A stretch of DNA of 11,117 nt, taken from assembly GCA_001600695.1 (NCBI GenBank), contig BCKQ01000044.1:4361-15477 (forward strand), given 5' to 3'. Shown one piece after another: positions 1-6,887 of the stretch. Made by a program: the position numbers and the translations under genes. Within the stretch, counting starts at the first letter, position 1; the number at the start of each line of letters is the position of its first letter. The notes below the pieces were generated by a model, which saw only the letters and a program-made list of their open reading frames with translations, was not told the DNA's origin and ran no database searches. The DNA comes from Ascoidea asiatica JCM 7603 (Eukaryota > Fungi > Ascomycota).

Positions 1-69
1 TTAACCAAAGGTAGATCAAGAATGTTTCTTGCTAGAAAAGAATTAACTAAATCTCAAGGATATGCTTAG
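1..69 (+). CDS. 3' end (partial) of an HXT-family sugar transporter, paralogue of 6888-8525
   Basis: Frame 1 reads LTKGRSRMFLARKELTKSQGYA-TAG. It aligns to the C-terminus LSKGRSRMFAARKELPR--GYE-TAA at 8463-8525 with 15 identical residues. Not in the ORF track. Confidence 0.92.
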   Translation, partial: LTKGRSRMFLARKELTKSQGYA

Positions 70-140
70 TTCCAAGATGTATTATCAATCACCTTTAAAT
101 TCTATTTCATTTATTCAATTTATAATGCAATATTCCCTTC

Positions 141-473
141 TTTTTCAAAACGCTTTTTTTATTTTTATTATTGCCATGAAAGCTATGAGTGCTCATTAAA
201 AAAAAAATCTTTTTTCTTTATCAATTTTAATTATTTATCATTTATTTATTTTTTTTTTCAATTCTTAATAGAATCTTTATAGAATCTTTATAGATCTTTT
301 TTAAAAATTTTTTAAATTTCTTTTATTTTACATCATTGAATTTTATAATCAAACTATTTAATAATTATCTAGTATTGAATTATGAAATCATTGACATTTT
401 AATTTTTAGTTTTTAATATATTCATTTTTTTTTTTCTTTTTGTAAGAATGACTATTTTTGTAGAATGAGATAT
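141..473 (+). repeat. Diverged 3' flank of transporter copy A, homologous to 8530-8879
   Basis: Collinear shared blocks: TTTTTCAAAA (141/8530), TTTATTATTGC-N15-TGCTCATTAAA (164-200/8556-8592), TATAGAT, TTCATTTTTTTTT (421/8801), AATGAGATAT (464/8870). Confidence 0.7.
268..299. repeat. 11-bp tandem repeat, about 3 copies
   Basis: ATAGAATCTTT ATAGAATCTTT ATAGA-TCTTT. Confidence 0.85.
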
Positions 474-699
474 AAAATTCTTTTAGAGTCTATCTTGCTG
501 CAGCTCGAGGGAAATGTTAAGATTATTAATAGGATTAAATTAATGTATTTTTTTGATTAATTCTTTTTGATATTATATTAAGTTTAATTGTTCCTCTCGA
601 AATATTAATTCGAAAATTATTTTATTGTTGAAAGTAATATTCGTCTATCAATGTTGAATAAGTGTTGATATTTTGTTTTCTTAGATGATGCAACAATCA

Positions 700-812
700 A
701 TAAACAACACGTGCTTTAAAGAAGCCAATCATCCGGATTCTCTTAAGACGCGAAAGGAAATAAACAACAACAACAAAGAAATCAGAAATAAAAGAAAGAA
801 AAAAATAAACAA
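700..812 (+). promoter_or_regulatory. Cell-cycle-type promoter cluster upstream of SLK19
   Basis: Forkhead-type ATAAACAA at 700, 760 and 805; CACGTG at 708; AGCCAATCA at 723; ACGCGAAA (MCB/SCB overlap) at 748-755. Confidence 0.6.
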
Positions 813-1119
813 GAGTTCAAAAGAAGAAGAATAGTTCTTTTAATTTTAATTTGGTCTAAAGTAACAGACTATTTTATTTATAACTGATTGAGCTGAATTT
901 AATATTTCTCGTTTGTAAAATTACCAAAGGTATCAGAATACATTTACTTTGGCCTCATTAAATCAATTGCAACAACTTATTTCTACAACTTAGCTGTTTT
1001 TAGTGGAAACAAGATAATTAGGTTTTACTTTTTATTTTCTTTTGTGGCTTCGAATAGTATCCAGTAAGAGAAAATCCAAAAGTGACACCCAGTTTCAAAA
1101 ATTGTATAACTCCAATAAT

Positions 1120-1209
1120 TATATAAATAATCAAGTTAGCTTCTATTTCGTTTATCTATCAATAAGTTTTTTCTTTCTTTTTTTTCAAATAACTCTTCAC
1201 AATTCGCGT
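1120..1209 (+). promoter_or_regulatory. Proximal TATA-like box and second MCB/SCB-like site
   Basis: TATATAAA at 1120-1127; TTCGCGT (ACGCGAA on the - strand) at 1203-1209. Confidence 0.4.
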
Positions 1210-1272
1210 TAATCTTCTATCTTTATTTCCCAATCATCAATTATACCCATTTATACATTTTACAAGAAAATT

Positions 1273-2059
1273 ATGTCCAAGCGAAATTCAAATAAAGAAA
1301 ATGAAATTGATTTCCAATCAATTGATAATTCTACTCTGGATTCAAATATTATTAAGAAAATTCCTCATGGTTTGAAAAAAAAAAGAGAAAGAAATTCAAT
1401 CTCAAATTTTACTAAATCTTCGAATAATAGAACTTACTCAATGCGAAGGAAAACTTATCATTCAAAATTAGATCTCAATAGAAGAAATATGGAATTGAAT
1501 TTAACTCCAACCGCTACTAAGTTCAAAACAAGATCCTCTAATAATAATGATATTATTAGTAATAACAATACTAATAATAACGATAATTCAAATTTTATAA
1601 ATTCTTTGAGAAAGATTCCTTCAACTGTTCCAAGAAATTTATCCAAACAGTTCAACCATATTTTTCTGGATGATGATTACTCACCAGCTGATAATCCTGA
1701 TCAAAATATTCATGATCAAAATGATTTTAATTTAAGTTTTAAATCAAATAAAAAAAATTTAATATTAGCTCAAAAAAACTTAAATCAGAAACTAAATTCC
1801 ATAAAAAGCCTGAGAAATTTTAAACCTACAAATAATATCAATAATTCAAATAAAAGAAACTCGATCAATCTCAATGAAAGATTATCAATTACTCAGTCTT
1901 CTGATTTTATAGATATTGATTCTGAAGATTCTGATAATAATACTAATACTCCATCAAAGTCAATCAAAAAGAAATCGAAAAAAAATAATGAGACTATAAA
2001 CAAAAGTAATTTTAATAATGATCATATAAATAATAAGGACAACAATGATAGCAATGATG

Positions 2060-2093
<34 letters not shown>

Positions 2094-4938
2094 TAATAAC
2101 AAGGGTGATAATAATAGTAACAAAAATATTAGTAATAATTTGATTACTTCTCCTTTGGATACAACAATGACACCAATTGCATATAATAATCAGCAAAGCA
2201 CTATCAATTCTGATTTAGATACACCCTCGAAATCTTCTTTTAAATCTATCCATGAAACTGGTTTAAAGAAGAAAATTCATTCAGAAGACGAAGAAAGTCG
2301 TAATATGAATGTTGATGCTAATATAAAGACTAATAACGATGAGAGTAATGAACGACTAATGAAAAGAAGAAAATTTTCAAAAGGTATCAAATTAGGTAAT
2401 ATTCTTATTAGTTCAAGCGATAGTGAATTAGATAATGAAGAAGAACAATTAAATTTGACTTATACTAAATTGTCTTCCTCAATTAATGAAATAAATAATG
2501 AAGTTAATCAAACTCTACAAAGTCATATGGATAACAATGATAATAATGATAATAATGATAACAATGATAATATTGATAATAATTTGAATTTATCTCATAT
2601 TATTCTAAATTCTACCAGTGAAAATGAAAAGGATGTAAATGATACAGACATTGGAGAAAATAAAAATATTGAAAGTATTGATAAGGCAGAAATCGATGAT
2701 AACGATAAACTTAAGAAAAATAGCCGTCAAAATGATCATAATAAGGATTTGAAAACCTCAAAAGATATAATTCCTTCCACTCCACCTCATCCAACTGAAC
2801 CAATGGCTGTTTCTCCTATTACGGAACAAGGATCAAGAATTATTCATGCCTCTTTATTGAATTTAAACCAATCTGAGCCTGTTGATATTCAGATTCCTGA
2901 TAGTCCTCTAAAGAACCATTCTTCCACTTATATCGAAGAAACTATTGAGGAACAAGATTTTGAAAGCGCTAATGGAGAGTTATCAAATAACATCACTGAA
3001 AATAATACTGGATATAATAGTTTGCATAACTCAGAAGATAATAATGAAAATAAAAATTCAGAAAACACCTTCGAAGACAATGAAATATTAGGTTTAGTCA
3101 AACCATCAATGTCAATCAAAGATCTTGATATTCCTGGCTTTAAAATATCCTCAGACTCTATTCCTAAAATTGATGGTGTCAATGAGATTAATGAACCAAG
3201 TCTTATTGATAGTGAAGTTCCCATATATTCTTTAAATCAATTCAAAAATATTCAAAATTCTTATGTTAGAGATCTTAAAAACTTACAAATTCAACTTTCT
3301 GACAAAAACAATTCCTTAATTACTTCAAAAAGGGAAATTTCGGAGAATAATCTTAAAATTATGAATCTTGAAAAAGAAATAAATGACTTAAAGTTAGATA
3401 AAAATGATTTAATTGAGAAAATCAAATTATCTCAAACCCAATTTAAAATTTTCAATAAAAATATAGAGATTTATGAAAAAACAATAAAGGATAAAACAAA
3501 TAAAATTATCTACTATCAAAGATTGATTCAACAATCAAGGATAAAATCAAAAAAGTATGAAAAAGATTCAATATCCTATAAGCAAACTATAAATAAGCTA
3601 ACTCAAACGATTACTTCCATTAAAAATCAAAACATTTCTTTGATAAATGAAAGAAACTTAAATGAAAAAGCCAAAAATGATTTAATTATATCTGAAAAGA
3701 AAAATCAAATCAAAATAAATGAATTGGAGAAAAATGTTGAAAAGCTTGAACATATAAAAAGTAACTTGCAAAAGAATGGTGAGGATATTGAAACTACGTT
3801 GGAAAAAACAAATCATAGATTAACTCAGTTAGAAGAGCTTTTAGAATCTAAAAATAAGGAAATTCAACAGAATAAAGGCTATAATGCTGAATTAGAGGAA
3901 AAAATCGAAGAATTGACCGATAATAAAAACTCTACTTCCAACAAAATTATCAAACTAAGCAATGAGCTAGATAATGTTAAACAGCAAATGAAATTCAAAG
4001 AAGATGAAAACGCTTTATCATTAAAAGAAATTGATGAACTCCAAAATATAATCAAATCCAAAAATGAAAAGATTCAGGAGTTTGATATTAAATTTGATGA
4101 AATAGGGTTAAATTTAGATGCCATTGTTAAAGAAAAAGAGATAAAAGAAAGTGAAATTTCTGATATTAAACATAAAGTGAAAAAATTGGAAGAAGAAATT
4201 AAAATATTGTATTTGGAAAAATCTAATTATTCAAAGCAAATTCAATCATTGAAATCTGAGAATATAAACTCTATAACTTCAACACAACAGCAAGAGCTGA
4301 AATTAAAAGAAATGGAAAACTTACTTGAAAGTAAAGATCGAGAGCTCATGGAAAAACAACTGGAGATAAGCAAATTAAGCGATGAAAATCTTAAAATCAA
4401 TGCCGAAAATGTAGAGGAGTTAGACAAATTTCATATTAAAGTAAATAATTTACAAAATATTATTGTGACAAAGAATAAAGAAATTTCAATGTTAAAAGAT
4501 AAAAGTGATAATTTACTGAATGAAAATGACTCTTTAAGTAGTAAATTAACCAATTATATCAAAGATTTTAACTCTTATAAGAAGCAAATAGAAATATTAA
4601 AAAATCAACAATTATCCAGTGAGAAAAAAAATGAGCAAAGGTTGACTGAATTGGCAGATAGGTTATATGTTCAATATTCTAAAAAGCATGAGCAAAAAGT
4701 AGCAATATTGAAAAAAGCATATGAAACAAAATGGCAAAGTAAATTAAATAGTGCTCATACTATTAATGAGAATCTTAAAAGAGAAAATCAGGGATTAAAA
4801 GAAGAGTTGAAAACTGAAAGAAGTGAAAAGGGTGATTTGATCAAGCTTTGGGATCAGTTATTGAAAATGGAAGATGCTGGAGGCAAAATTGAAAATGAAA
4901 ACCAAAGAAAATCCATTTTGAATCAGTTTAAAAAATAA
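1273..4938 (+). CDS. SLK19: Slk19-like kinetochore/spindle protein (fungal TACC C-terminal domain), 1221 aa
   Basis: The C-terminal LADRLYVQYSKKHEQKVAILKKAYE...ERSEKGDLIKL matches the Slk19 signature (LYxQYSxKHEQKVxxLKKxYE...ERxEKxxLxKL). A ~500-aa heptad coiled coil precedes it, and the N-terminal half is Asn/Ser-rich and disordered with S/T-P sites. Confidence 0.88.
2062..2100 (+). repeat. (AAT/AAC)13 coding microsatellite, poly-Asn
   Basis: 13 consecutive Asn codons, the first 9 pure AAT. Confidence 0.95.
2530..2583 (+). repeat. 9-bp coding repeat (Asp-Asn-Asn)n
   Basis: GATAAYAAT x4, then GATAATATT GATAATAAT. Confidence 0.9.
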
Positions 4939-5180
4939 ACTTGGCGTAACCAAATTTGTGTATACTACTATAATAAAATTAATAAACAATTAAACAAATT
5001 TTATGTTTCAATCTAATCACTACTATCGAAAACTAGTTTATACCTAATAGAATATTGACCGTTAAATGATATTTTTTTTTGCATTTTTTTTTTTTTCTAG
5101 GAAAACTTGTTTCTTGCATTATTATAATGAAAAATTCAGCAGCAACTTTTCCAAGAAGGCAAAAGACTATAAAACAGACC

Positions 5181-5190
5181 AAAAAAAAAA
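5181..5190 (-). terminator. RNA polymerase III oligo(T) terminator
   Basis: T10 on the - strand directly after the tRNA discriminator base. Confidence 0.9.
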
Positions 5191-5271
5191 CGACAACAGC
5201 AGGACTCGAACCTGCGCGGGTAAACCCAAAAGATTTCTAATCTTTCGCCTTAACCACTCGGCCATGTTGCC
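5191..5271 (-). tRNA. tRNA-Ser(AGA): tRNA-Ser, anticodon AGA (IGA), intronless, 81 nt
   Basis: The - strand reads GGCAACATGGCCGAGTGGTTAAGGCGAAAGATT-AGA-AATCTTTTGGGTTTACCCGCGCAGGTTCGAGTCCTGCTGTTGTCG. It has an acceptor stem, A and B boxes, anticodon at 5236-5238, a long variable arm and G73. Confidence 0.98.
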
Positions 5272-5478
5272 TTTAGTCCTAAAGTATATAGAAGAGATTA
5301 CTTATATTTTATAATAAAATGAAGCCTTTGTTCTCTCTTATTTTGCTTTCTTTTCTCATTAATCATAATTCATAAATGAAAGAGTAGTTGGAAAGAGTAA
5401 TCCAGCGGTTTAAAAAGATAGAAGAGAAAATAATCATCACTATTCAATAAACTTGAATTTACATTCTCTCTCTCAGGA

Positions 5479-5579
5479 TATTGAAGTAGAAACAAATTCT
5501 TCAATAAGGCTCCCCATTTTCCCACATGTTGAGAATATGCTTACCCATGGGATGTGTTATACACCATGGGGATCCCCAT
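5479..5579. repeat. Cluster of short dyad symmetries
   Basis: TATTGAAG-N12-CTTCAATA (5479-5506), CCCATGGG (5544-5551), GTGT-tat-ACAC (5554-5564) and the 14-bp palindrome ATGGGGATCCCCAT (5566-5579). Confidence 0.7.
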
Positions 5580-5801
5580 ATTATTAAGACGATCATAGAG
5601 AATTTTATAAAAATGTCAGAAGACAACTAAAGGTTGGCTGAACTATGGAAGTTTCAATTTCAGAGTCAAGCTAAACTTTGGGTAACCATTTGATTTTTCA
5701 AGCTCAAAACAGCAGTTTACAAAAGTCTAATTTCAAAATAATTGTTACTCCCATAGATTAGCAAGCTTATTTTTCAACATAGTCTTTTTTGAATAAACAG
5801 C

Positions 5802-6249
5802 CGGAAAAACTAATTTTTTGTTTGTCTTTTTAAAAGCATAAAACAGTTTTTTTTTATTATGAAAAGGCACCTTTATGAAAAAGAAACTAACTTAAGAATA
5901 AGCAAAAAAGATATTTTATGAGAGAAGAAAAATTAAAGGGCATAGTTTCTCCGTAATTATTCCGAAGCATAGAAATCCAGCCAACCACATGAAGGTCACG
6001 GAAAAATGTCGAAGCAGAAGATACAACAACAAACAAAAACTCACCCAATCAGTCTCAACCACCACGTCATTTTTCCAATCCCGTCCTAAAATAAATTTTC
6101 CGAATGGTATGTTTCTCCGAATTTTGTTTTTCCGATCAGCCAGTCGCTGCACGTACTCATAAAACTGGGTGACTTTTATGAGCTGGTGGAGGAACAATTT
6201 TTATAGTTTTCAGCAATTATTCAGGCAGGTCATGTAATAATATTTTCCG
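5802..6249. promoter_or_regulatory. Cluster of eight Rgt1-type CGGANNA sites in the transporter promoter
   Basis: + strand at 5802 and 5999; - strand at 5947, 5958, 6096, 6113, 6128 and 6243. Also ACGTCA at 6064, CCAAT at 6045 and 6075, and GTGGAG (SYGGRG) at 6186. Confidence 0.8.
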
Positions 6250-6663
6250 GCCACTGGGATGTTCAAAAAAGAAAAGGGAAATATTCTTCTCAATAAAGAA
6301 TTATGGAATAAAATAGTAATTCAATATTCCAGGAATCCCGTTTTCAATTATTAAAGGACCTTCTTTTACTTGCTTATACTTCTCTTGCTATTATGGAAAA
6401 ATGTTTGCTAGACAATTAGTACTTTTATGCAATTCCAAGGAAAAATGTATCATTTGGATATTAAAAATATTGAAACTCTAATACCCTCGAGTTTCAATGA
6501 TTGTGTGCTTACTATTTACAGAATTTCATTTATCATTTAATATAGTTAGCCATATAATTTATATGTTTGTTAAAAAATTTTTACTGGTGTACTTCAGTTA
6601 AAAACTTAATATAACTTCTAATTGTTAATAGCCTTACATATTGAAAAAAAAAAGTAAAAAAAA

Positions 6664-6671
6664 TATAAATA
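6664..6671 (+). promoter_or_regulatory. TATA box of the transporter gene
   Basis: TATAAATA followed by a pyrimidine-rich tract that switches to A-rich sequence near 6730, typical of yeast start-site regions. Confidence 0.55.
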
Positions 6672-6743
6672 TCCCAATTTTCCTTCTTCTATTTCAAATA
6701 ATTTCTGTTCACAATTTCTTTTTTATTATCATTACAAATAATA

Positions 6744-6845
6744 TAATAAATTAAATAAATTAATCAAAAATTAAATAAATTAATTAAATAAATTAATTAA
6801 ATAATCAAATAATCAGATAATTAAATAATTAAATAAATAAATAAC
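6744..6845 (+). repeat. A/T minisatellite-like tract in the probable 5' UTR
   Basis: Reiterated ATTAAATAAATT and AATAATYA units; only two G between 6708 and 6887. Confidence 0.8.
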
Positions 6846-6887
6846 AATAAAAAGTTAAAACAAAAATATAAATAAAATCATATCAAA

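Noticed and set aside
708-900. CACGTG followed by AT-rich DNA as a possible point centromere
   Set aside because: Lacks the RTCACRTG context and no CDEIII-like CCG dyad at the expected distance.
1458-4427. Five short minus-strand ORFs inside SLK19 (1458-1655, 1960-2196, 2928-3224, 3879-4061, 4242-4427)
   Set aside because: Antisense shadows of Asn/Lys/Glu-rich codons (e.g. poly-Ile from AAT repeats); no independent coding signal.
5066-5314. 82-aa + strand ORF
   Set aside because: Runs antisense through the tRNA and homopolymer tracts.
5272-5800. LTR or retrotransposon remnant upstream of the tRNA
   Set aside because: No convincing TG...CA boundaries, target-site duplication or coding remnant visible; cannot be excluded without a genome search.
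6107-6112. GTATGT consensus 5' splice site
   Set aside because: No TACTAAC branch point found downstream, and it lies within the upstream regulatory cluster.
5916-6197. 93-aa - strand ORF
   Set aside because: Non-ATG start, overlaps the CGGANNA cluster, no recognisable motif; explained by locally higher GC.
6660-6873. Two 11/11 ARS-consensus matches (AAAATATAAAT at 6660 and 6863)
   Set aside because: Expected by chance at this AT content; one overlaps the TATA box, and the consensus may not apply outside Saccharomyces.
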